A stretch of DNA of 64,000 nt from a virus (taxonomy: Duplodnaviria; Heunggongvirae; Uroviricota; Caudoviricetes): IMG/VR virus record IMGVR_UViG_2654587772_000002. One strand, 5' to 3'. The position numbers and the translations under genes were made by a program. A model generated the notes under the pieces. It made no database searches. It was not told the origin of the DNA and was given only the letters and a program-made list of their open reading frames with translations. Shown here in pieces: positions 1 to 9,265 of this stretch (position 1 is the first letter of the stretch; each line of letters opens with the position of its first letter).

Positions 1-320
1 ACATCCCCCGTTTTATCACTCCCCGCAGAGATTCCGGTACCATTCAGCTTCTGGTTCAATGCCCGGACAAATGCCTGCATGGTCCGGTGTAACTGCAAAC
101 GAGTAGAACTAATCGCCTCCAATAAATCCGTAGCACACCAGTGGATCGGCGTGTCATAGAAGAACGTTGCCTCGATTTCCTCCAGGGTGTTGGATTCCGT
201 CATCAGATAGCGGTCCTGACCAGCCATTAATGCGCGATATTCATCATCAGTCACCGGCGGGGGAAGCACGTCAAGCCCCGGCTTAATCGTCACCCCTTTA
301 TTGATATTGAACTGTTCCAT
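1..320 (-). CDS. Hypothetical protein, partial (start codon at 320-318, runs off window start)
   Basis: ATG at 320 on minus strand opens an uninterrupted frame to position 1 (MEQFNINKGVTIKPG...); absent from ORF track because no stop in window. Confidence 0.35.
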   Translation of the reverse strand, partial: MEQFNINKGVTIKPGLDVLPPPVTDDEYRALMAGQDRYLMTESNTLEEIEATFFYDTPIHWCATDLLEAISSTRLQLHRTMQAFVRALNQKLNGTGISAGSDKTGD

Positions 321-321
321 G

Positions 322-933
322 TTAATTTCCTGCTTTCAGTTGCTTAAGACGGCGTTTGAGTTCGCCATTCCGTGCCTTTTCGTTATTGAGTCGGCCCGTC
401 TCCTTATCCAACTTCGCCCGCAAATCTGTGATCTGCTGTTGATTGAAAGACACCGAATTCTGCGCGGACTTATAAGCGGCAACCACCTGAGCATTCCGCT
501 GTTTTGCTTCTTGCAGGCGCTGAAAGTTGGATTTAACTGCCGGTTTCTTGTCTACCGGATTGGCAACACGCTTCGCTTTGGCGATCAGTGATTTCTGGAA
601 TTTCGCAGAGTTTTTGCGGGCCGCTTGCCCCATGACGGTACCAAGCGTCTTGATATCTGGCGACTGTGCGTTAGGAATAGATTTTCCATTCAGTTTCACA
701 GCCGATATATCACCAGTATCGTTTACCTGTATGGCAAGAATTTGTCCGTCGTTAAGAACCAGTTTTGCGGTTTTAACTTTAACGCCATCTTTCGTTGTTG
801 CGCGGTTGCTGGAGTCAACCTCAATTACCGTAACACCGGTTTTATTGATCGCCGCGATAAGGGATTTCAGCCCCTTTTCATTAACCTGGTCAAAATCGAC
901 CGTTGCATACTTATTTTTCGTCATCTGACACAT
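322..933 (-). CDS. Hypothetical protein with lysine-rich C-terminal coiled-coil
   Basis: 203-aa ORF; C-terminal heptad-like K/Q/E-rich region; no family recognised. Confidence 0.45.
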   Translation of the reverse strand: MCQMTKNKYATVDFDQVNEKGLKSLIAAINKTGVTVIEVDSSNRATTKDGVKVKTAKLVLNDGQILAIQVNDTGDISAVKLNGKSIPNAQSPDIKTLGTVMGQAARKNSAKFQKSLIAKAKRVANPVDKKPAVKSNFQRLQEAKQRNAQVVAAYKSAQNSVSFNQQQITDLRAKLDKETGRLNNEKARNGELKRRLKQLKAGN

Positions 934-1354
934 CCTGTGCGAGATTTATTACGTAACTTCTGCGGATTTGCTGAGTAACAGGGAAAATCCGATACAACGG
1001 GTTAATGAACGAGTCGCCATGCGTAACCATGACGTTGAAATGCCACAGTCGCTCTCCTTTACCCATATATTCAGTGGGTATGTACAACCATTCACTGTTT
1101 TCGCCCTGTTCAGCCGACGTCAGACAACGTTGTTCGCCTTCAATCACTGTCGTCGGCTTCTGAACATCGCGGATCCAATATCTGACCGTTGCGCCGCGCA
1201 AAAACGGGAATTTAGACCGGTATTTGAACGGCACCCGAATGAAACCCGGTTTAATTTCCACATCACCAAGTTCTAAATGCGTGATGTCCTTGCGTTTTAG
1301 CAAATAGCGATCGGCTAAGGCTAACGCAAGAACGCATACACCCCAGCCAATCAT
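911..1354 (-). CDS. Hypothetical protein with N-terminal hydrophobic segment
   Basis: 147-aa ORF, N-terminal GVCVLALALA hydrophobic stretch; overlaps neighbours by a few nt (operon-like). Confidence 0.4.
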   Translation of the reverse strand: MIGWGVCVLALALADRYLLKRKDITHLELGDVEIKPGFIRVPFKYRSKFPFLRGATVRYWIRDVQKPTTVIEGEQRCLTSAEQGENSEWLYIPTEYMGKGERLWHFNVMVTHGDSFINPLYRIFPVTQQIRRSYVINLAQDVSDDEK

Positions 1355-1680
1355 TTCCCACCTCCCTTTTTCACCAAACTTGTAAGAACATTCAGAATGC
1401 TATCGATATTCACTCGTTTCATCCCTGAAATCACCTCATGACCGTTATTGCTGGCTATCGTTACCATTAAGTACGTAATTGATAACTCCCAGCCTTCGTG
1501 TTGCCCCAATAGGTACGCCACCGCGCCAGCTGTCACTGCAACAAAGATCTCCGTAACCAATCCCAACAAGTTGCCAGACTGGCGACCATCTCGGACATCC
1601 ATCAGGAACGTGCCTATCCCACCAATTACTGAAAGCAGGAGCGCAATAGCAACTGGAGCTAATTCCTGTGTGTCAAGCAC
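1351..1680 (-). CDS. Small membrane protein, holin-like
   Basis: 109 aa, two to three predicted TM helices (LLSVIGGIGTFLM, IFVAVTAGAVAYLLG), charged C-terminus; topology typical of holins but family not confirmed. Confidence 0.4.
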   Translation of the reverse strand: MLDTQELAPVAIALLLSVIGGIGTFLMDVRDGRQSGNLLGLVTEIFVAVTAGAVAYLLGQHEGWELSITYLMVTIASNNGHEVISGMKRVNIDSILNVLTSLVKKGGGK

Positions 1681-1752
1681 AAGTTCCCTCCTACGTTGTC
1701 AGGAGGTAATGGTATGCAAAGTAACTTCTCAACCGGTCATGTTACTTGACAT

Positions 1753-1778
1753 CCTCCACGTCCTTTAGAGCGTGGAGG
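1753..1778. other. Perfect 8-bp stem / 10-nt loop hairpin immediately 5' of intron-like GTGCG
   Basis: cctccacg-tcctttagag-cgtggagg; 4 nt upstream of GTGCGCCC at 1783. Confidence 0.5.
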
Positions 1779-1782
1779 ATGT

Positions 1783-2640
1783 GTGCGCCCAGCATGGGCG
1801 CGATCTTGGAGGTGAAAGCCCTCCCGCGAGCTGACCACAGCGAGCGAAAGGAAGTGCAACTGCGTGAGGGCGGCTAGGCGTGGGGAGGAAGCACGGAATG
1901 AACCCGTGAGCCGATGAACAAGAATCGGATATGAGGCGCGATGGAGCAAGGCGAGCAGGCACATCACTGCGAAGCTTTCGTGACAAAGTCGCGTAGATCC
2001 GACGGTTGTGCGGGGAAGGATCGCGTTCTTACCTGGGGAGTTCTCGCCTCATGCCTGAAAGGGCAACGTCGTAAGACGGAGCGAGAAGTCAGCAGAGGCC
2101 GTAGTAGTCAGGACTCCGACGAAGGGCCGAACGAGAAGGAAAGCCAAAAGATATGACTCTTGACAGGACATTGCGTCAGAAGCCGGGGAAGCCCGGTACG
2201 GACCCGCATGCCGGGTGGTGTGGCAGGGGCGCAGCCTTGTGCTCCCCCCTATGCCGATCAAGCAGAACATTGTGCTGGGCCTCTGACGCATCTCCTTGAT
2301 GGTCTTGGCATCGTGCTTAAGTGGATTGGTGTCGTCTCTGATAGGCTCATGGAGGCAGAATGAAACTCAAAAATCCGGGACAGCACGCAAAACAGGCTGC
2401 ACAAAAAGCGCAGGTTGCGTAGGAGTGGAATCCCGCTCCCAAAAAATGGTGCAGAAGTTGCGGCAGTGGTCATCCGACGCACTGGAAAATAACAAACCCG
2501 CCGTGACCAGAATCGGAGGCCTGAGGGAGTGACCGTAAAACCGGATAACCCAGGCAGCAAATACCCGCTGGATGAGGCATGGTTCCGGCAGATAATACCG
2601 AAAACCGCCAGACACACTGGATAATCAGTAGAAATAACCC
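1783..2640 (+). ncRNA. Group II intron 5' fragment (ribozyme domains I-III plus decayed start of the RT/maturase ORF), truncated at the 3' side
   Basis: Begins GTGCGCCCAG as group II introns do; GC-rich, no long ORF on either strand; short frames near 2430-2640 read like RT N-terminal remnants (..NKPAVTRIGG.., ..RQIIPKTARH..); ends abruptly at AT-rich DNA. Confidence 0.45.
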
Positions 2641-2651
2641 ATTAAAATCAT

Positions 2652-2657
2652 TATAAT
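2652..2657 (+). promoter_or_regulatory. Candidate -10 element (TATAAT) for the acetyltransferase moron
   Basis: tataat about 22 nt upstream of ATG at 2679 in AT-rich leader; -35 is weak. Confidence 0.3.
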
Positions 2658-2678
2658 AATTGGGCACATTATTATATT

Positions 2679-3242
2679 ATGCTGAATAATAGAGACATGA
2701 ATATTAATGAACTTAAAGACTGTATTCACTATGAAGTAATCGGTAGCGAGCGTCCTTTCTCCTGGCGAAAGGCAATTGTTCGCGCAATAAAACATAGAAG
2801 AGTTCGTTATTTATTTTGGTGGCGCATAGCCAAATACCTTTTTGATAAAGGCGGATACTGTCGGAAGATTGCGGGGAAAATGGAACGTTTCATTCTTGAT
2901 AAATATAGTGTAACAGTCCCTTTAACTGTAAATATAGGGAAAGGCTTTGATATTTCTTATCTCAACGGTGTTGTTATCGGTCACAAAGTAACCATTGGTG
3001 AAAATTGTTCAATAAAACCAGGGGTAACTATTGGGCTACGTGGTGATTTTAATGATATGGATATTGTTATAGGACATAATGTGACCATTGGTTGTAATGC
3101 CACCATTCTTGGTGGCAAAGTGCGTATAGGAAACAATGTCACAATAGGTGCTCATGCATTGGTATTGCATGATATTCCTGATGATTCAACATTCATCACT
3201 AAATTTCAGTCTGAAGTTATCTGCTCGTCCTCTTGCACATAA
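2679..3242 (+). CDS. Hexapeptide-repeat (left-handed beta-helix) acetyltransferase; candidate surface-polysaccharide O-acetyltransferase moron
   Basis: Tandem [LIV]-G-x-x-x-x hexapeptide repeats ([53 protein letters not shown]); AT-rich; convergent with tfa, 3' ends overlap 37 nt. Confidence 0.75.
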   Translation: MLNNRDMNINELKDCIHYEVIGSERPFSWRKAIVRAIKHRRVRYLFWWRIAKYLFDKGGYCRKIAGKMERFILDKYSVTVPLTVNIGKGFDISYLNGVVIGHKVTIGENCSIKPGVTIGLRGDFNDMDIVIGHNVTIGCNATILGGKVRIGNNVTIGAHALVLHDIPDDSTFITKFQSEVICSSSCT

Positions 3243-3823
3243 CCCTGATTCATCAGCTCTGGCCATACGATATCCGGAGCTGTACTGGTGTCAATTCGAC
3301 TCACTAATACTCTGTATTTTCTCCAGGAATCCAGTTGTGAATTTTCCTCGGTTGTTGCTATTTCAAGATTAACTGCATCCTGCAGAATTGCGATGTTATC
3401 TGTTGCCTCCTGAATCAACCTTGCCTTTTTCTCTTCCGCTTCCCGTATCCGAAACAGTTTTTCTGCTTCCTCATCCTTCACCCAGGATACGCCGTCCCAC
3501 TTCTGATACTCCCCTGCTGGCGACAACCAGGTGACATTCTCTGGTAACGGTCCGAGTTCAGAAATAAACAACGCGTCCCCCGATGCCACGTCATAGACCG
3601 TTTTACCACGATGGTCTTCAACAATAATCCATGATTCATTTTCACTGTTAAAAACTGCCACAAAGCCAGCAGGAATTTCCGGTGGGGCGATATCTGTAGA
3701 ATTAGCTGGTAGCCCTGTATGAGGTGGAATATATGCGTCACCTTCACCAATAAACTCATTAGTTCCGGCGAGCAGGTTATAAATTTTTACAGTACGTGAT
3801 TGTTCACTCATTCTGAATGCCAT
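3206..3823 (-). CDS. tfa: Tail fibre assembly protein (lambda Tfa-like)
   Basis: N-terminus [48 protein letters not shown] matches lambda Tfa as recalled. Confidence 0.85.
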   Translation of the reverse strand: MAFRMSEQSRTVKIYNLLAGTNEFIGEGDAYIPPHTGLPANSTDIAPPEIPAGFVAVFNSENESWIIVEDHRGKTVYDVASGDALFISELGPLPENVTWLSPAGEYQKWDGVSWVKDEEAEKLFRIREAEEKKARLIQEATDNIAILQDAVNLEIATTEENSQLDSWRKYRVLVSRIDTSTAPDIVWPELMNQGYVQEDEQITSD

Positions 3824-4713
3824 TATGCAAGCCTCACAATATAATTAAATGCGATGTTTTTAACGGTGTTTTCCGAGTTACCAGCAGCGTTAACGGTGAT
3901 GGTGTGTCCATGTGAACCAATCGCAACAGAGTGCGTATGAGCGCCAATATCAACTGTATGTGCATGCGCCCCTGCACTTGCAGCGGTGCCTGATACTGAG
4001 TGGGTGTGTGCACCAGAAGAAGGCACAGTTCCATTCCCCACCACAGTGCCGCTTGATGAGCCATCAAGCCAGTCGAAATTCATACCGCCACCATCTGGTC
4101 TCCTTAATGGAACGGTATGAGTATGTGCGCCAGCACTATTTGCAGTACCAGATACATTGTGGGTATGTGCACCTGTGTTATTCGTTGATTTAGTACCGTA
4201 ATCAAACGAAGATGTGGTTTTCGTACCCAAATCCGTATTGGATGCGCTGGCGCTGTGGGTGTGCGATTTAATGCCATCCTGTTCCAGAGACAATACGTCC
4301 CGACCACTGGCGGGTTTGCCCTTGATTGTCCAGCCACGCATATCCGGGATCACGCCTGACGGATAAGCGGCTGCAAGTTTCGGGTATGCAGATTTGTCAA
4401 AAGTCTGTCCCTGCATCAGGGCGTAACCAGACGGCACAGTATCTGATGGCCACGGATGCGGAACACCAACAGGAAGGACCTCAATATCCCCGGAACCATC
4501 AAACGAAACGTTATTAATTTTACGGGCTGTTTTCAGCTTTGTAGCCGTTGAGGCATTGCCGGACAGCTCACCAGAAATGCCACCAACAACTGTTAGATCA
4601 CCAGTTATTGTGCCGCCTGAACTTTCCAGTTTTTTAGCAACATCACTCTTAATAGAGTCGATTTCTTTTTTCAGATTAGTTATATCTGCTGGTATCGTTG
4701 TCACTGTTGCCAT
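3823..4713 (-). CDS. stf: Side tail fibre C-terminal module (lambda Stf-like) with its own start
   Basis: [52 protein letters not shown] ... GAHTH repeats ... [31 protein letters not shown] match lambda Stf C-terminus. Confidence 0.8.
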   Translation of the reverse strand: MATVTTIPADITNLKKEIDSIKSDVAKKLESSGGTITGDLTVVGGISGELSGNASTATKLKTARKINNVSFDGSGDIEVLPVGVPHPWPSDTVPSGYALMQGQTFDKSAYPKLAAAYPSGVIPDMRGWTIKGKPASGRDVLSLEQDGIKSHTHSASASNTDLGTKTTSSFDYGTKSTNNTGAHTHNVSGTANSAGAHTHTVPLRRPDGGGMNFDWLDGSSSGTVVGNGTVPSSGAHTHSVSGTAASAGAHAHTVDIGAHTHSVAIGSHGHTITVNAAGNSENTVKNIAFNYIVRLA

Positions 4714-4722
4714 ATTAATTCC

Positions 4723-5001
4723 TTACGCCCATTCCCGCAGCGGTTGTTCTAATTGAACTTCAAAACCATCAAACATTTGTTGTTTCAAACTGTTGTTTAA
4801 AATACGAACATTAACGAAGAAGCCATCATTTTTAATCACTGTTGGTTCTTCGTTCTCGCCGTTTGGTATTTCGGTATATGTAACACCTACAACATCAAGA
4901 AGAATGTTGTTTTGCAGCTCTTCATTATCGTGCCAGGATATACTCTCTAAAAAAGAGTCGTATTCTGCCCTGTCTCTGAATTTCAACGTGATATCTTTCA
5001 T
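4723..5001 (-). CDS. Hypothetical protein; possible chaperone for the upstream fibre
   Basis: 92-aa ORF immediately downstream of the large fibre gene (1-nt stop/start overlap); no family recognised. Confidence 0.3.
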   Translation of the reverse strand: MKDITLKFRDRAEYDSFLESISWHDNEELQNNILLDVVGVTYTEIPNGENEEPTVIKNDGFFVNVRILNNSLKQQMFDGFEVQLEQPLREWA

Positions 5002-7901
5002 TAAATAACCTCAGCCATTTGTTGGTCTGTTAATGCTTTATGCCATATTCTGAAATTTCTGATATGACCAAATAAATGACGTAACCCTGCTGTAGTCTGG
5101 CCTCCAATACGGATGGTTGCAGAGTTCTGAATATAGGACCATGTCGTCTTTGTTTCGCTGGATATGCGCCCGTTACTTACTGAGCACGTAGACTGATCTG
5201 ATTTTACACGCATCCCCATAACCATTTTTTCAAGCAATGCGTTTTCGTTTACCCGTCTGTTAGCTCCTCCAATATCGCAATAAGGAAATCCGTCGTAATC
5301 TGCTGAAGAACCGAAGCCAAGAATAATAGCCGCTCCGGTTTGATGACCGCCGGTATCAAAAACACGTGGCGCTGCATTTGGCGTTTTATACCAGTTCTTA
5401 TGTACCTCACAAAGAACCGTAAAAGGAAGATTATAAAGATTATTATTAATTGGAACTGTAACTATATCGCTTGCGCGGGTAGCCGCCGTCGTTCCCGAGA
5501 TAATAAAAGATGATGCACACGAACCATCCTCAACCTGAGGGGTGGACAGATAAATATAGTCTCCAGATATGGTTGCTCCGCCCTGCTTAGGAGAATACTG
5601 TATCTGAGATCCTATTTTTAACTCATCATCAATTGCCTGGATTGTTGCCTCTGCAAAAATCCATCCGGTAGCTTCGTCCTTTCTGACTCTCGCTGTAATC
5701 CTTGAGGCCGCGCCACCTGTCATATTAATTTCAAGCGTTTGTGTATCAATATATGCATCACCAAGAAAAGTTGTTGCACTACCGTCATATTTATCAAAGC
5801 GGATACGTAACCTTACCTGTCGTTCTGTTTTAAAACGACATGAGGTTGTCACGTACTTGTTATCGCCTGAAACATCAACTGACTTTGTAGCAGCAATTGA
5901 TGCCATATTAATGGCTGACGTTTGCCCAATCAGAGAATCGTTACAGACAAACTTTCCATAGGTAAAACCAAAACTATCCGTCCCGGTTTCGGGAACATCC
6001 ATATTTGACGAGCGCCCCCAACTGGCAGGGTTTTCCGAATTGAGCATGTAGTTTGTTCGTTGTCCCTCAATAAGCAGACCATCACGTTCAAATCGTGGCT
6101 CGTCAATGGCAGCCTCTGTCAGCACACCAGATTTATTTATATAGGTTGCTTTCGATGCGCGTTTAAACTTAACAACCTTGTCGCCAGGCATTGTTATTTC
6201 GTCGTCGCCAATAACAATCTTTTTATATGATGGAGAAAAGCCCGCAATCATATCCAGCGAATCGTTAAACGGTATCCACACATCTGGCAGCGGTTGAATA
6301 ATCTTCCTGGCATCCTCCAGTGACAATGCTTCGACATCCGAAGCTGTTAAAGAAATATCTGCCGAACCGTCAAATGAAACGTTGTTAATCATCCGTGCTG
6401 TTTTTAATTTCGTTGCGGTGTCGGCGTTCCCCATCAGTGCGCCGGTGATCCCGCCGTTGAAAGTCTGGCGTGCACTCCATGTGTTAGCCGTGCTCAACAG
6501 GGGGATCTTTTCACCGCTTGTGCCGAGTTCTCTTAAACCAAGGTATTGGATAACAGCAAGGACGCTTGTTTTGGACAGAATATCGCGACCGACTGACGTT
6601 AAGTCAGTCTGAGAAACAGTGTCTGTACCGGTAAAGTACGGCAGTTTATTTGCGCCTGTAGCAAGACCAGCAAGCGCGGTTAAAGTTGCATCCAGAGGCT
6701 GTTTGCCTGCCAGCGCATTTGTCATTGTTGTCGCAAAGTTCGGGTCATTACCAAGTGCTGCGGCAAGCTCATTCAGGGTATCAAGAGCTTCTGGTGATGA
6801 ACCAACCAATGCGGATATGGCAGCTCTTACATAAGCAGTCGTAGCAATCTGCGTATTATTTGTGCCCTGCGCAGCCGTAGGCGCAGTAGGGACTCCCGTT
6901 AATGCAGGGCTTGCCAAAGGCGCTTTGAGGGCTAGGGCATTGTTGATAGTTGTGCTGAAATTCGGGTCGTTATTGATCGCAGCAGCTATTTCTTTAAGCG
7001 TATCCAGTGTGCCAGGTGCACCGTTGATAAGTGCCGTTATAGCTGACTTAACAAAGGCTGTATTTGCGATCTGCGTGCTATTTGTACCTTGCGCTGCCGT
7101 CGGCGCGGTTGGCGTTCCTGTCAGACTCGGGCTTTCTATTGGCGCTTTGGTATCAGCAAGACCTTTTACAGACTTAACGGCTTTAGGGGTAGCCGCCATT
7201 GTTTCGCTGTCGCTGTTAGTTTCGCTACTGAGCTGAACTAATCCCTTTTGCGTTGTGCTTGCATCCTGTGCCGTATACTTGCTTTTCGCCAGATCGTAGG
7301 CTTTTTTAGCTGCCAGCGAACTTGCAGCAACATCACTTCTGCTACTGGTTACAGAGTCTGAAATATCAATGCCGATCGTGCGGTTAATACGCTCGGATGT
7401 ATCAATCATCTCCTGGGTAATGGCTGATACGCCAGCAGGGATATTCACCGTACAAACAAGCAGCTCTCCATCTCCTAACTGATATGAATCGGTATAGGTT
7501 CTGGCAACAAATTCAGCCGCATGAATATGTGACGCGGTATTAACCTGATAGGTATCCTCTCCAAGGAGGTATCTTCCCTTCAGCACAATTGCATATTTCT
7601 TGCCTTCACTAAGTGCAAGAGAAATATCCTTACGGTGCCGAATAGTTACCTGGTAGAATTCACCAATATCCACTGACGCAGCGCCAGCAGTTTTATCACC
7701 ATCCACTGAGGTGATTAACAGGTTCATACCACCGCCAGGCTTCGGCAGGAAACCGGCATAAAACCCAGGATCAACAATTCCCCTGAATTTTCGGTTTAGC
7801 GCGGCTGACAGATATGGTTCGTGGTATTGCACATCAGCCACCAGAGCCAGTGACTCGGGCGATGGGTAAGTAACTGATGTAACAACTGTAACGTCATTCA
7901 T
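5001..7901 (-). CDS. Tail fibre protein with Stf-type collagen-like repeats and a distinct C-terminal (lectin/LamG-like?) receptor-binding domain
   Basis: Repeated PL(A/D)SPxLTG(T/V)PTAPTAAQGTNxTQIA(N/T)TA(F/Y)V units and GLVQLSSETNSDSETMAATPKAVK as in lambda Stf; start set at internal ATG (MNDVTVV) just after the upstream stop; ORF-track start 7988 overlaps the previous gene. Confidence 0.8.
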   Translation of the reverse strand: MNDVTVVTSVTYPSPESLALVADVQYHEPYLSAALNRKFRGIVDPGFYAGFLPKPGGGMNLLITSVDGDKTAGAASVDIGEFYQVTIRHRKDISLALSEGKKYAIVLKGRYLLGEDTYQVNTASHIHAAEFVARTYTDSYQLGDGELLVCTVNIPAGVSAITQEMIDTSERINRTIGIDISDSVTSSRSDVAASSLAAKKAYDLAKSKYTAQDASTTQKGLVQLSSETNSDSETMAATPKAVKSVKGLADTKAPIESPSLTGTPTAPTAAQGTNSTQIANTAFVKSAITALINGAPGTLDTLKEIAAAINNDPNFSTTINNALALKAPLASPALTGVPTAPTAAQGTNNTQIATTAYVRAAISALVGSSPEALDTLNELAAALGNDPNFATTMTNALAGKQPLDATLTALAGLATGANKLPYFTGTDTVSQTDLTSVGRDILSKTSVLAVIQYLGLRELGTSGEKIPLLSTANTWSARQTFNGGITGALMGNADTATKLKTARMINNVSFDGSADISLTASDVEALSLEDARKIIQPLPDVWIPFNDSLDMIAGFSPSYKKIVIGDDEITMPGDKVVKFKRASKATYINKSGVLTEAAIDEPRFERDGLLIEGQRTNYMLNSENPASWGRSSNMDVPETGTDSFGFTYGKFVCNDSLIGQTSAINMASIAATKSVDVSGDNKYVTTSCRFKTERQVRLRIRFDKYDGSATTFLGDAYIDTQTLEINMTGGAASRITARVRKDEATGWIFAEATIQAIDDELKIGSQIQYSPKQGGATISGDYIYLSTPQVEDGSCASSFIISGTTAATRASDIVTVPINNNLYNLPFTVLCEVHKNWYKTPNAAPRVFDTGGHQTGAAIILGFGSSADYDGFPYCDIGGANRRVNENALLEKMVMGMRVKSDQSTCSVSNGRISSETKTTWSYIQNSATIRIGGQTTAGLRHLFGHIRNFRIWHKALTDQQMAEVI

Positions 7902-7912
7902 CAAGCATATCC

Positions 7913-8347
7913 TTATGCTATAGTCGTGTTGATGGCCATAACTGCGGTATATGTTTTTCCCACATACAGCGAGTCTTCCTGAACACAAATAATTGCGATG
8001 GGCTTATTCTCGTTATCCAGAACAACCAGAGTGTTGAATGGATAGTTTTTCCCTTCCTGCAACTGGCTTTGATCAAGGTCCATTCGGACAGTAATTATCC
8101 CGCCAGAGTAGGTTGGGACGAGGTTGATGGTGCAAAATTGACTGGTCAGTTCTGCCAACTCGAAAGTCTTTGGCAGTTCTCCAATGTCATAAGTACCATC
8201 TTCATTTTTGGTAACCAGCGAACTGGTGCCGAAAACGGCCTTGCTGATTAAAAATCGAGAGCCTTTGTTAATGGACGATTCAGCGCGTCGCTGATAGTAA
8301 TAATCCAACAACTGACTCTTATAGAGATTTGTTGAGACGTCAGACAT
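7913..8347 (-). CDS. Hypothetical virion-associated protein
   Basis: 144-aa ORF in co-directional operon immediately upstream of the tail fibre. Confidence 0.4.
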   Translation of the reverse strand: MSDVSTNLYKSQLLDYYYQRRAESSINKGSRFLISKAVFGTSSLVTKNEDGTYDIGELPKTFELAELTSQFCTINLVPTYSGGIITVRMDLDQSQLQEGKNYPFNTLVVLDNENKPIAIICVQEDSLYVGKTYTAVMAINTTIA

Positions 8348-8425
8348 GATTTTCCCTAATCAATGTTGTGAAGCCTCATTGTAAGAGAAGTAACTTGTCA
8401 CCCCGCCCTGCGGACGGGGTAATTG

Positions 8426-9265
8426 TCAGGCATCGCTATCCAGCAGCAAATCATCTGCGCGGGAGCGATCAAACGTAGGCGTTGCTTTCACAATAGTGCC
8501 GCCCGGCGTTGCAGTGATCGGGGCACTAATCGACGTAACTCCGGCAAGCGAAGTTGTATCCGAAGTTTCAAACCAGCAGTACGCTTTTTCGGTATCAGAA
8601 ATCTCGTTCAAAGTGATCATGTCGGCCTGTTCATTTACAACAACCGACAAATAGAGCGTAAGCCCATCAAACACTATATGCAGTGGCAGTAGAGGCTTTA
8701 CGAACTGATTAAACTTTCTGAGAATTTCTTCTGTAATTGCGGACTGATCTATCGTGCCAGTAATACCCATTGTCCTGGCCAGGTCGTTTATGGGAATACT
8801 GATCATCCCTCTGGAAGTCAGAAACATCTCGCCGAATGTGCCGCCAGTAGTCTCCAGTGTGCTTTCTGGTATTAGAACTGTGCCATAGGGATGACGCTCA
8901 AGGTCCACCGGTGCATATATCGGATCCCATAAAACAGAAATACCGTTAAATTCGCGGTAAATTGTCTGGTTTATAGGACGTTCAGTTCCCTTAAAGTGGA
9001 TCTCATCAAGCCGCTGTTGTAACAACATCGGAACGGAAGATGAGTTCGAGGTTCTGATAGTAAAGAACTGGCCAAGTTCATTTGTCCTGGTCTCCAGATC
9101 CTCCTTGCTCATGGAGAAAATAGACTTCCGGTTGGTAATTCGCTCCAACCATGGGTCAACAAAGGTGTCCATCATTGACTGAACCAAATCAGCCAATGAT
9201 TTATAGAGCAATGACTTTTGCTTAGCTGATGTAAGCCGGTTATTAAACCAGGAACGCTGCATCAC
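8426..9265 (-). CDS. Hypothetical virion-associated protein
   Basis: 279-aa ORF; 4-nt start/stop overlap with upstream gene. Confidence 0.4.
   Translation of the reverse strand: MMQRSWFNNRLTSAKQKSLLYKSLADLVQSMMDTFVDPWLERITNRKSIFSMSKEDLETRTNELGQFFTIRTSNSSSVPMLLQQRLDEIHFKGTERPINQTIYREFNGISVLWDPIYAPVDLERHPYGTVLIPESTLETTGGTFGEMFLTSRGMISIPINDLARTMGITGTIDQSAITEEILRKFNQFVKPLLPLHIVFDGLTLYLSVVVNEQADMITLNEISDTEKAYCWFETSDTTSLAGVTSISAPITATPGGTIVKATPTFDRSRADDLLLDSDA

Noticed and set aside
1737-2667. Nine overlapping 65-120-aa ORFs on both strands in the GC-rich region
   Set aside because: Mutually overlapping in several frames with no dominant frame; better explained as a structured RNA (intron fragment) with decayed RT remnants.
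6382-7236. Plus-strand ORFs 6382..6612, 6619..6834 and 6862..7236 inside the tail-fibre gene
   Set aside because: Antisense to the collagen-like repeat region; Ala/Val/Gly-rich products are a mirror of the repeat coding sequence.
5200-7300. Periodic repeats in the tail-fibre region as a possible CRISPR array or minisatellite
   Set aside because: The repeats are in-frame protein repeats inside a continuous ORF; no direct repeats separated by unique spacers anywhere in the window.
3823-7988. Invertible tail-fibre segment (Mu G / P1 C type)
   Set aside because: Both fibre C-terminal modules are on the same strand; no invertase gene and no flanking inverted crossover repeats were found.
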